Of a stretch of 32,000 bases of DNA, positions 18,437-28,681 are shown piece by piece. Where the stretch lies: positions 1,260,001-1,292,000 of the forward strand of contig OZ245768.1 of assembly GCA_965227835.1 (NCBI GenBank), written 5' to 3'. Under the pieces are notes generated by a model. The model was not told the DNA's origin and made no database searches. It worked only from the letters and a program-made list of their open reading frames with translations. Position 1 is the stretch's first letter. Each line of letters starts with the position of its first letter. This DNA comes from Candidatus Saccharimonadota bacterium. Its GTDB lineage: Bacteria; Patescibacteriota; Gracilibacteria; BD1-5; UBA6164. Made by a program: the position numbers and the translations under genes.

Positions 18437-21166
18437 TTTAGACACCTCCCTTGCTTCTATACTGAAATCAAGGATTTCTTTTCAATTAACCTCTATTGAT
18501 TCTATTTTTCAATCCTTAGTTTTCATACTAACATTTTTTCATCCATTATCAAACTTTAAATTAATATATCAGTTATCATAAGAAATTACAGCATTTGATA
18601 ATATAATATCTGATCTTATGGGAGAATAAAACTTATTTATTCACTCTATATCACTCAAAACCTGACTCACAAAATTTTTCAAATTAGTTAAATAAACTCT
18701 TTTAGAACCAAACTCAAATTTCGCACCATCATATAGATAACTCCCTTTTTCTTTATCTTCTTTTATTTTAAAAGATATATCGTAAAATTCATGATTCTCC
18801 AAATCATACAAAGACCTCATTTCAGCTATATATTTTTTATCACTAGTTCATTTTTTTATACTAGAATTTATACTAGCTTTTAATATTTCTATAAAAGCAT
18901 CTCATCAGTCTACAGTTACATATAAATCTTCATATTTTATCTTGAAAAAATCTTTTATAACTCTAAATTCCTGTCATATCAGTTTATCCCTCTTTATAAC
19001 TGTAATAGCAGGACTATCTTGCACCATATCCTTACAACCTCACATTCAATCAGAAACTTTATTCTCAAAATAACACTTATCATAAGAAGAATTTGATTTT
19101 TTATCTGTTCATATCTTAAACCTCTCTACAAAAAAATTCTTAAACTCGTATTTATATTTTTCTTCTTCTCAAGCTCACTTCAACCTTTCATCTAAAAGCA
19201 TTTTCATCTCACTTAGATTATACGAAGCAACCATATTTTGAGATTTATCATCAAATATTTTTACTATATTTCAAGCATAAGGATCAAGGGACATTGTGTA
19301 TGGTTTTCATAAAATAGAAATATTTTTTATATCAAAAACACTTCCAGATTTTGTAATATTTTTTATAGAAAAATCCAATCATTCAAAAGGCAACAAATAC
19401 CTTACAATATCTAGTTTGTTATATTGTTTTACTGAATTATATCAAAAAGTAGTTAGATCATAGAGTTCTTTTAACTCTTTGTTATTTTCAAGTTTATAAT
19501 TATCATAATCTCACAAAGCAAATAGTTTCTCCTCCAAAGAAATACTTAATTTTTTATACTCATCTATTATATTATAGCTTTTTGCTTTCTCTAAAATAGA
19601 TACATTATCTTGAAGAAGTTTAAATATTTTGTTTACTTGATTTTCAAAATCTATTATAAATTTGTAGTTTACTTTGTTTTGATTCAAAAGTAAAAGGTCT
19701 GTATTTTCTTCTCTCTCATCTTCAAAAAAATTGTTTTTTAGATATCATTCTAAGTTTTGTAATATTTTCAAGTTTTGAGTCAAGCTAGTTTTTATTTTGG
19801 TAGCATCTGTTTTTCCAGAGAAATATATCATCTTGTTTAGGTTTATGTATTTAGACAATATATAAACATCTGATTCTATATTTTCTATCTTATCCGAGAA
19901 AGAATTAGCATATATATATTCTCTCAAGAAAAATACAAAAGCCTCTATTTCTGATAATTTCTCTTTTTTATTCAATGTAAAGTTTTCATTTTCTTCTTTT
20001 ATTCAGCTTTTAGCTAGATATCAATCCAAAAATATACTAAAATATTGTCCTAGATTGTCTGAAATTAAAAAATCATAATTAAAATATATATTTTTTAAAT
20101 TTATATAATTCTCCAGTTCATCCAAATTTGACTCTTTTGATCTTAGTTCTAGGAAACTAGATAATATTTTGTTTTTCTCAATATCATTTTTCAAAACCAA
20201 CACCTTGTAAAATTCATCTATTAAACTCAATATATTTTTGTGTTTTTCTTCGTCTAAACTCTTTAACTTTTCTAAATCAGACTCTATTTCCATTAAAAAA
20301 TTACTATCTTCTACTTTAGACTTAAACAATTTTATTAGCTTATTATACAAATTGTTTTGTAGGTAACTCAACTTCTTTTTTTCATTTATGAAATATTGAT
20401 AGTATTTTTCTATATAATAAGAAAATGGGAAAGAGGGGATTTTTATAGAATTTATTTTATTGTAAACCAAATTGTTTGAATCTGTGAGATTTTTTTTGTA
20501 ATTGGTATAATATTTAAAGATACTGGAGTTTTTATCTCAAACCAAAAGCGATATTTTTGATTTTTCTCCATTATCTGCTAAGAGTTTATATTGGAAATAC
20601 CCATTTTTAGTTATAGTTCTTATTCTATATAAATCTACATTTCTGTACCTAGAGTTTTGATTATTGTTAAATTTTATAAACTCATGGGGATATAGAAAAT
20701 AAGAATTTACAAGACTATCTCTATCATCCAAGAAATTTAAAACCAAAGAAGAGTTAATAGAAAATATAGTAACTCTATCTTTTTTGTTTTCTATGTAAAA
20801 ACTTCAAATTCATTTTAAATCAATACTAAAATTATATTTCTTTGACTCTATTTTATAGGTTTTTGATAAATCATTCAAATCTAGGATAAAACTTCAGTCT
20901 TTCAAATCTATTTTTAGATTTTTTCATTTAGTTTCTAAATCAAAACTATCTTTTTTTAAATGAAAAATATTATCTAAAAAGTCTATACTTGTAGTATTTA
21001 TTTCATCTTGTGACTCAAAATCCTGTGATTTTTTATTTTCTTGTAAAAACAAAAGATCTTCTTTATCAGTTTTTGCAGATGAGAAAAAACTTATATTTAT
21101 TAAAAATACAAGAATTACTATTGATATTACAGCGAGAAAACCTTTAAAAAATTTATACATAAACAA
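18437..21166 (-). CDS. large orphan protein, 909 aa, N-terminal signal/anchor
   Basis: Track ORFs 20924-21166, 20537-20746, 20021-20470 and 19745-19975, plus about 1.3 kb more, are all in one frame broken only by TGA (translated codon by codon). TAA stop at 18437-18439. N-terminus FLAVISIVILVFLINISFF. No known domain recognised. Confidence 0.75.
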
Positions 21167-21213
21167 TTATTTTTCTTTTAAATAAATTTAATCAGACTAT
21201 TCTTAAATTTTTT

Positions 21214-21241
21214 TCAACAAAGAGCTTTAGCTCTTTGTTGA
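21214..21241. repeat. palindromic repeat family, copy 5 (perfect 12-bp arms)
   Basis: TCAACAAAGAGC-TTTA-GCTCTTTGTTGA. Confidence 0.75.
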
Positions 21242-21250
21242 ACTATTAAT

Positions 21251-21274
21251 AAAAGGCTAAAGCCTTCTGTTGAC
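21251..21274. repeat. palindromic repeat family, copy 6
   Basis: AAAAGGCTAAAGCCTTCTGTTGAC, 9 nt from copy 5. Confidence 0.7.
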
Positions 21275-21384
21275 AATATTATAATAATTCTAATTATTTC
21301 ATTTCTCTAAAAAATCAGCATTATATATATTCTCAAAAAACACAAATTAATTTTATCATAAACTTTTACTTTTCGCAAAAAAGA

Positions 21385-23436
21385 CTATTTTTCACTAGGC
21401 TTTACTTTCCTAGGTCTACCTGATGATCTTTTTATAGCTTTTGGCTTTTGATTTTTTTTGATTCTCATATATCAAATATAAAAAGCTAACGCTAATAACA
21501 AATAAGACATCAATAAGTAGTGTATTCAAAAGCTTTTATCCCACCATTTTATCTCTTTTACCTCTGGAAGATAATCTTGCCTTACATCTATATATTTTGG
21601 TGTGTTAACAACCTTTTGTTTTTCAACATCTTGTCTTCTAAGATTTTCAATAAATATAGATGCTATACTGGAATATAGTTTTTGGTTTTTATATTCTTTA
21701 TAATCCTTTTCTATTTGCAATTTTGTTTTCGGTCAAAAATATCAATATCATCTTTCAGACTCATTTTTTACTATACCTTTGTCAATTTGGTATTTTTTTA
21801 CTATATCTATTATAGTATTGTAATCTCCGTTTATATCTCCACTATAAAGCCCTATATCTTTTAAAATCTTTTGAGCCTTTTCTATATCTTCTTTACTTGA
21901 ATTTATATAAACACTTTTTGACTTAAAGCTAAAATCTATTTCATCTTTATAATCTTTCAAAGATTCTTCTATTTTAGGCATTATTTTTTCTAAAATTTCT
22001 GTATCTTCTAAATCTTTTATTTTTTCTTTTATAGTATCTACAGCAATCTCAGGAGCAGAATCCAGTTCTATCTCATCTAATATTTCTTTTTTATAATTAG
22101 GGTTTTGTGTATTATCTTCAGTTACAAAATCATCTTTTACAGACTCCAATTCTTTATTCTCGTCTAATATTTCTTCCAAATTTTTCTCATCTTTTTCTTG
22201 GTTTTTATTATCTTCCAAATCTATAACAATAAAATCATTTTCCTTCTCTTCATTTAAATCTTCATCTATTCTTTCATCAATATATTCATATAAATCTATA
22301 ATTTCATCCTTTTCTTCGCTTATATCTTCACTGCTTTCATTATCTAATTCATTTATATCCTCATCATCTTGTTTTTCTCAACATTCATCATCATAAAAAT
22401 CTCCTGAATAATCTCAATTGCTACATTGGTCTTTCAATTTACTCCTTGAACTTGAACTGCTACTAGAACTACTAGAGTTTGAACTAGAGCTACTACTTGA
22501 ATTTGAGTTGCCACTATTATTAGATGTTTGATTTAAAATCACAGGTCATGCAGGATCTACTATAAATCAGTTTGCAACTCAGTCATCATCATAAGGTCAT
22601 CAATCTAAAACAGAGTAAGTTACAGTTGTAACCGTAGATCATCCTACGATAGCACTAGAATATGTTACTATATCTGATATATCTGTATATATTTTAGTAG
22701 CTTTATTATATTTTCTATAAACCCAAGAAGATGTATCATAGACTTTGTCAAGATATATTAGTATATCAAGTTCTTCTCAAGGATTAGAACATTCTGCCTC
22801 TATATCCCAAAATCAAAGAGGAAAATCATCATTGTTTGGATTTGATAAACTATCTCAATTTATACTTTCAAATCCTTTAATTTTTATACATTTATTTCAT
22901 GAGCTTTCAATAGTATTATAATTATTGGTTTCTAGATTTATTATAGAGGAAACATAAGTTTGCATAGAATCTTTTATTCCATCAGAATTTGCATCTCAAT
23001 TATTTGGGGAATTGTCTTCTATTTCATTTGATATTTGATCTCAATCTATATCAACATCACTTTCATCGTTGTATCAGTCTTCATCTAAATCATTACCATT
23101 ATCATTAATTCAATCACCATCCATATCTGAATCTTCACCATCTATAATACCATCATCATCTACATCAGGATTATTATCATCCAAATCAAAATCAGCAAAA
23201 AGTCAGTCTTCATCAAAATCTTGTTTGTAAGATAAGTTTAAGTCTCAGTTTATAGAATAATTACTAGAAGTTCAATTTAGATATGAAGAATCTGAATTTT
23301 TGGCAGTATAACTATCAGAACTACCATTTTGAAATGTAGCTCATATACTTGAATCTTTTATGGAATATTGGGAATAAGTTTGATTTAAAAGTATTATGCT
23401 AATCAACACAAAACTAAAAATATTTTTAGATCTCAT
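21385..23436 (-). CDS. cell-surface protein: signal peptide, Ca-binding Asp-rich repeats, poly-Ser linker, peptidoglycan-binding domain, C-terminal TM anchor
   Basis: 683 aa with TGA=Gly. MRSKNIFSFVLISIILL (signal). DVDDDGIIDGEDSDMDGDGINDNGNDLDEDGYNDESDVDIDGD (TSP3-like). LDGGPYDDDGVANGFIVDPAGP motif. A run of Ser/Asn. IEKAQKILKDIGLYSGDINGDYNTIIDIVKKYQIDKGIV..GYFGPKTK (PG_binding_1-like). LLMSYLLLALAFYIG followed by a basic tail. Confidence 0.8.
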
Positions 23437-23897
23437 TTTTTTATTTAAAAATTAAATATTTGAGGAGGTTTATATTTTGCAGAGTTTCAAAAATTAAAGT
23501 TTAGAGGTTATAAGTCTTTTAATTTTTGTACAAATAATAGATTAACATAGTTTTTTTTTCCAAGCAAAACTTTTGTCTTTACATAAAGCTAAACAAGTGG
23601 TTTAGATTAGTTTTTGAGATTCTACAAAAAGAATTATTTTCCATTTAAATGATTTTTTGCTTTTTCTTTGAAATCGTCCCATTTCATTTGATCTTATTTA
23701 GAATTTTAGAATGATTAGAAATTAAGATGTTTTTATACCAAAACATCCCTAAAAGATACCAAAATCATCAAAAAAAGTACTTTTTGTAGTCTATTTTTTT
23801 GACTACACACAAATTAAACATATAATCCTACTTGACTAATGTTACTAAGAAATAAAGTAACATTTTTTTAATTTTATTTTAATAAACAAATACCCAA

Positions 23898-24080
23898 ATG
23901 AATTTTTTGAAAGACTCTATTAGAGAGTTAAAACATGTAGTTTGGCCAACCAAAAAAGAAACAACGAGATTTTTTGCTATAGTAATTATCACTCTAACCC
24001 TTTTTGGAATATACCTTTTCATAGCAGAAACAATTTTTGCTGAAGCTCTATTTGCATTAAAAGAAATGTTTTGAAAATAA
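23898..24080 (+). CDS. secE: preprotein translocase subunit SecE
   Basis: 60 aa. SIRELKHVVWPTKKETTRFFAIVIITLTLFGIYLFI has the SecE signature, and it sits immediately upstream of nusG. Confidence 0.8.
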
Positions 24081-24118
24081 AAAACTCACCTAATTTTACT
24101 TTTATAAAAATATAAAAT

Positions 24119-24664
24119 ATGGCACAAAAAAAACCTGAATGGTATGTAATACAAGTTATATCTTGAACAGAAGAAAATGTAAAATCATCTATATTCCAAA
24201 GAAGAGAAAGTCTAGATATGGAAGAATATATATTAGATGTTTTTATCCCTACTCACGAAGTTATTTCTACAAGGGTATCATGAGAACAAGTAAGTAAACA
24301 AAAAAATATTTTACCATGATATATACTTGTAAATATGATTGTTACAAATGAGAGTTGGTATATAGTTAGAAACACTCCAAATGTTACATGATTTCTAGGA
24401 GCATGAAATATACCAGTACCTGTTTCTGGAGAAGAACTTGAAAAATTAAAATGAAAAATAGAAGAAAATGCTACAGTATACAATACAAAATTTTCTAAAT
24501 GAGATCAAGTTGTTATAAGATGAGGAAGTTTTGAATGAAATACATGAGTTATATCAAAAATAAATGATAAAAAAGCTACAGTAACGGTTATAATAAGTTT
24601 ACTTTGAAGAGATACACCATTAGAATTAGATTTTTCTGAAGTACAACTAAAGAATAAAAAATAA
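24119..24664 (+). CDS. nusG: transcription termination/antitermination factor NusG
   Basis: 181 aa. PEWYVIQVISGTEENV..ILPGYILVNM..WYIVRNTPNVTGFLGAGNIPVPVS..FSKGDQVVIRGGSFEGNTGVISKI (KOW). 12 TGA=Gly codons. Confidence 0.92.
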
Positions 24665-24677
24665 AATTAAAAAATTG

Positions 24678-25439
24678 ATGACTAAAAAAATACACATATT
24701 TTTATTAGTTTTTGCTTGATTTATACTAAATATATTTCTTTTTATATTTAGTGATAATTATAGATATTTCTTACAAAGTCTTAGACACAGTGATACAATA
24801 CAATGAAATACAGACGATAGATACAAAATATCTATAGAAAATGATTATAGTAGACAAAACATTAATGATGATATTTGAGACGATATATTTTCATGATTGG
24901 CAGGTGGCAACATCTTAAAAAGAAATGAAGAAGAAAAAAAAGATAGGGATGAAAAAGTTATTTTAAACAAAAAAGAAGAAGAAGAAGTTAAAACTCCTTG
25001 AATACAAGAAGAAAAAAAAGTAGAATTTTCAAATCAAAGAGAAGAAATTAAACTTAGTAATATAGAGATAGAAGTACTTAATAGATTTAAAAAATATGAT
25101 CTAAAAGAAATAGAACTCCAACCTAGATTGTTTGGTTTGACATGAGAATATCCACATAAATATTTCGAGTATTACAACAGGGATATAAATTTGTATTTTT
25201 TTTGAAACAAAATATACTCAGACATCAAGGATATATTTGAAGTTTTGACATATGAGCTACCTTTTAGTACAAATGAGGTTAATAATTTTTGAGATAAATC
25301 TTTTTACATAAATCTTAACCCTTGATTTGAAGACTGATATGTGAGGGTAGTTTTGGAAAAATCAAATAGAATTTTTTGATTTAAAATAAAAAGAAACCTT
25401 TATGAAGACATAAAAAATGATTTAGGGGCTACATTTTAA
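24678..25439 (+). CDS. hypothetical membrane-anchored protein (253 aa)
   Basis: N-terminal TM (IHIFLLVFAGFILNIFLFIF), then a Lys/Glu-rich linker and a C-terminal globular part. Open only with TGA=Gly. Confidence 0.55.
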
Positions 25440-25480
25440 ATTAAAATATTATTTTTACTTAAATATTAATTAAAAAAATT

Positions 25481-25960
25481 ATGGCAGAAAAAATACTTGT
25501 TACCAAGGAATGATTAATAAAGTTAGAAAAAGAACTAAAGCATTTAAAAGAAGTAAAGAGAAAGGAAATAGCTGAAAAATTGAAAGAAGCGATATCTTTT
25601 TGAGATTTATCAGAGAATTCTGAATATGAAGATGCTAGAAATGAGCAAGCAGCAATAGAAAAAAGAATACTTGATATAGAAACAGATCTTAAAAATATTG
25701 AAATAATAAGTGAAGATAATAGTTCAAAAGATAAAGTTACAGTATGAAGTACGGTTGAAATAGAAAATATTTCAAATAAAGAGAAAGAAGAATTTAAAAT
25801 AGTTGGTTCAACAGAAGCAAATATATTATCAGAACCTCCTAGAATATCAAATGAATCATCTATATGAAAAGTTCTTTTATGAAAAAAGAAGTGAGATACA
25901 GTTAAAGTCGTTTCCAATGCTTGAACGATCCAATATAAGATAAATACTATTAAAAAATAG
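25481..25960 (+). CDS. greA: transcription elongation factor GreA
   Basis: 159 aa. [101 protein letters not shown]. Confidence 0.92.
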
Positions 25961-25976
25961 TTTATATTAAAAAAGG

Positions 25977-26393
25977 ATGAGTATGAATTTTTATTACGAA
26001 TATATACTGATAATACCTTTTATAGCTTTTGCTCTAAGCATATTTATAAAGGGTTTATTTTCATATTTATCAAAATGAAAACTTGATTTAAGCATAGCTT
26101 TTTGAAGTTGATGAATGCCATCTGCACATACTGCCGTATCTGTATCTCTTACTACTGCATTTGCTTTGAAATATTGAATAACAAGTGATTTATTTGCTTT
26201 GGCACTTTCATTTACTTTGATAATAATATATGATGCTATAAATGTTAGATATGAAGCATGACTCCATGCTTGAGCATTAAATAAGCATATTTGAGAAAGA
26301 AGATTTAGGGAATCTTTGGGGCATTTACCAAGTGAAGCTTTTGCCTGAAGCCTTGTGTGAATTGTTGTAGCTACAATACTTTATTATTTGTAG
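25977..26393 (+). CDS. divergent PAP2 (DUF212/YuiD-like) membrane protein
   Basis: 138 aa. FGSGGMPSAHTAVSVSLTTA..IIIYDAINVRYEAGLHAGALNKHI..ESLGHLPSEAFAGSLVG matches the GGMPSSH..YDA.GVR..GH.P.EV pattern. Confidence 0.8.
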
Positions 26394-26410
26394 AATATGG
26401 TGCTAGATTA

Positions 26411-26449
26411 AAAAAAATTCCAAAAGCATATGTTTTTGGAATTTTTTTA
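26411..26449 (+). terminator. rho-independent terminator
   Basis: AATTCCAAAA-GCATATG-TTTTGGAATT followed by a T-run. Confidence 0.7.
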
Positions 26450-26537
26450 ATCTATAAAATAATAAGAATATTTCAATATCTTCTTATTTAAAGTAAACAA
26501 ACTAGATATTCTCTTTTCAAAAATAAAAATTTCTACT

Positions 26538-26564
26538 AGACAAAGGGCTAAAATCCTTTGTTGA
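26538..26564. repeat. palindromic repeat family, copy 7
   Basis: GACAAAGGGCTAAAATCCTTTGTTGAC. Confidence 0.7.
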
Positions 26565-26733
26565 CAAAAAATAAAAATTACTTATTTAAAATAGTCTGAC
26601 TTACAAGTTAGTTTAATATAAAGTAAAAATTAAGTATATTTTTTATAAAAATTTTGGTAGATTTGATGAAGAAGTTTTTTATTTGACTTAAATCTCAAAA
26701 ACAATATAATATATTAATTAAAAATATAATAAT

Positions 26734-27156
26734 ATGTTAGAAACAAATAATTTAGAAAAACAAAAAGTGAGTTTTTTTGTTGAGCACTTGTCCGGAGCTA
26801 CAGATTGTATAATAAAAGATTTTAGGGATATCGTTTCTTGATTAATCCCATATGATAATAAACAAGATTTTGAATCGGTAATAGGAGATTTTGAATCAGT
26901 AAAACAAAGAATGTCTAAAGTTATGGGAAAATACAAAGATGAGTATATGACTTTTCAAGAGTTTGTAGATAAAGCTAAAGAAGAAATGGAAATTGACCGT
27001 AAAAAAGAAATAGAAGCTCAAAGAAAAAGGCATGAGGAGGAATTAGCTTCATATAGATCAGTTTGGAGATCAAAATACTTTTTGAAATGAGTCCTTTCTG
27101 TTTTATCAGGAGACTTTCATTGAAACTACCCTTACATAAAAAACAAAAACAAGTAA
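26734..27156 (+). CDS. hypothetical protein (140 aa)
   Basis: Open frame with 3 TGA=Gly codons. TAA stop at 27154-27156. No motif recognised. Confidence 0.5.
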
Positions 27157-27186
27157 AAAACTTTTCAAAAAATATCTATTAAGCCT

Positions 27187-28308
27187 TTATATCTTTAAAG
27201 GCATTATTATATGAGTGAAATCTCAAGACTTTTTGTTTTTAGAATCATCTATAGGCTCTATTAGTATAGGTGATAATGCTGATTCAAAACTTATAGATAT
27301 ATGAGTTGCGTCTATTACTCAAAGAACCTCTAAAAAATATACAGAATTAATTCAAACTATATTATCTTCTCACTGTATAGATCAATTTAGTCTTGTCTCT
27401 CATTCTCAAATTTGAGTCTCATTAGTCTCCAAAACAATTCAATTTTCTCAACTAAAACTCATTTTTATAGAATAGTTATTCTCACGACTAAAAAGGTTTA
27501 TTTTTTTAAGAGCTTGTATTAAATCCGTTTTATTTACTTCAGCTTTTGTAGAATATGAATCTGGAAAAAACCTCTTATAATCTGGGAAATTTCAGTTTAA
27601 CAACCTAGAATAAAATTTGATATTTTGCGAAAAAAAAGCTAATCATGACTCTCAAGATACTATTTTTACATCATCTTCTGGTTTTATTATATTTTTAATT
27701 TCTCAAGCTGTTTTACTAGGTATTATAGCACTAAAGCTTGTTGAATTTTTATCTTTTAAACTTTTTTTGTATTCGCTCAATCTAAGCGTATCAGTAGAAG
27801 CAAAAACTGCTTCTTTTTCATCTATATTTACAAATATTCATGCTAAAGTAGGTCTTATATTTCATTCTGCTGATGAAAAAAGAGTCTTTTGTATTGATTC
27901 TATAAGGGTTTCTCATTTTATATTCAAAGATAGTTCTTCTTTTATACTTGGTATCAAAGGAAACTCTTCTGACTCTATTCATTTTATCTTTATTTTAGAA
28001 CTTTCAGAAATTACTTCGATACTACTACCTTTAAGTTCAATTTCTACCTCATTATCAAGTAGTAAACTTATATAGTTTGTAAAAAGTTTTGAAGGCAAAC
28101 AATAAGAACCTTCCAATGCTACCTCTAAATCTTCTTTTATTACATATTCTATTGCTGTATCTAAATTGTTTGATATTAAAACTATGTTATCAAAGTTTAC
28201 TTTTACAAGTATATTTTCAAGAATAGGTGTTGTTGATATAGAAGAAACAGCATGATTTACTATATCTAAACCTTTTTTTAATTCTTTGGTGTTTATTTTA
28301 AACTTCAT
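27187..28308 (-). CDS. dnaN: DNA polymerase III subunit beta (sliding clamp)
   Basis: Track ORF 27979-28308 (MKFKINTKELKKGLDIVNHAVSS..TPILENILVKV) continues through 17 TGA codons to TAA 27187-27189. 373 aa. GIESEEFPLIP, RPTLAGIFV, ASTDTLRLSEY, LNGNFPDYKRFFP, FTHIIMPLKI. Confidence 0.92.
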
Positions 28309-28681
28309 TTTCTAAATTACTTTTTAAATTAGTGAGCTCTACGAAATTTCTTTGTTAAGGAAAGGCTGAAGAATTCTTTAATTTCTACTAAAATAATAAA
28401 TTTTTTAAATAATTTTTGAGTGAAAATTAGCAAAAAAGATTATTTTTTTCAAATGCTCCTCTGTTCTAATTTATATAAAAAACAACTATTTTTTCAAGAT
28501 ACAAAAAAATTTTTATGTTAAAAAACCATTTAATACTTATCTTATTTAATCCAAAATCTGATAAAAATGTATGATTTTTCAAATAAGAATTATTATTTAT
28601 AAATTTTTAATGTACATATTTTTGAAATAATTTTAATTATATGTTATATTTTTATTACTTTAATATTTAATATAATAAAAA

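Noticed and set aside
22441-22540. A simple-sequence tract (AGT/AGC/TCA-rich) could be a non-coding microsatellite.
   Set aside because: It is in frame within the surface-protein gene and encodes a poly-Ser/Asn linker.
23437-23897. I expected rpmG (L33) or tRNA-Trp upstream of secE.
   Set aside because: No tRNA-like T-arm or acceptor pairing and no Cys-x2-Cys L33-like ORF was found on either strand, even allowing TGA=Gly.
25459-25917. Long standard-code ORFs from the track: 25459-25917(-), 27617-28075(+), 24253-24483(-), 2954-3136(+), 319-522(-), 7762-7995(-), 8529-8714(-), 12469-12654(-), 10256-10447(+), 11016-11240(+), 16557-16742(+), 18291-18581(+), 21682-21864(+), 26718-26936(-), 29184-29369(+), 30746-30979(-).
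   Set aside because: Each lies antisense or out of frame to a well-supported code-25 gene (greA, dnaN, nusG, rpoD, hisS, tnpA and others). Their translations are low-complexity Phe/Ser/Leu/Ile-rich, as expected for chance ORFs in AT-rich DNA.
28309-28681. The AT-rich 373-bp region upstream of dnaN could be the replication origin.
   Set aside because: There is no dnaA gene adjacent. I found only one 7/9 match (TAATCCAAA) to the TTATCCACA DnaA box and no clustered boxes. High AT content is the genome norm here.
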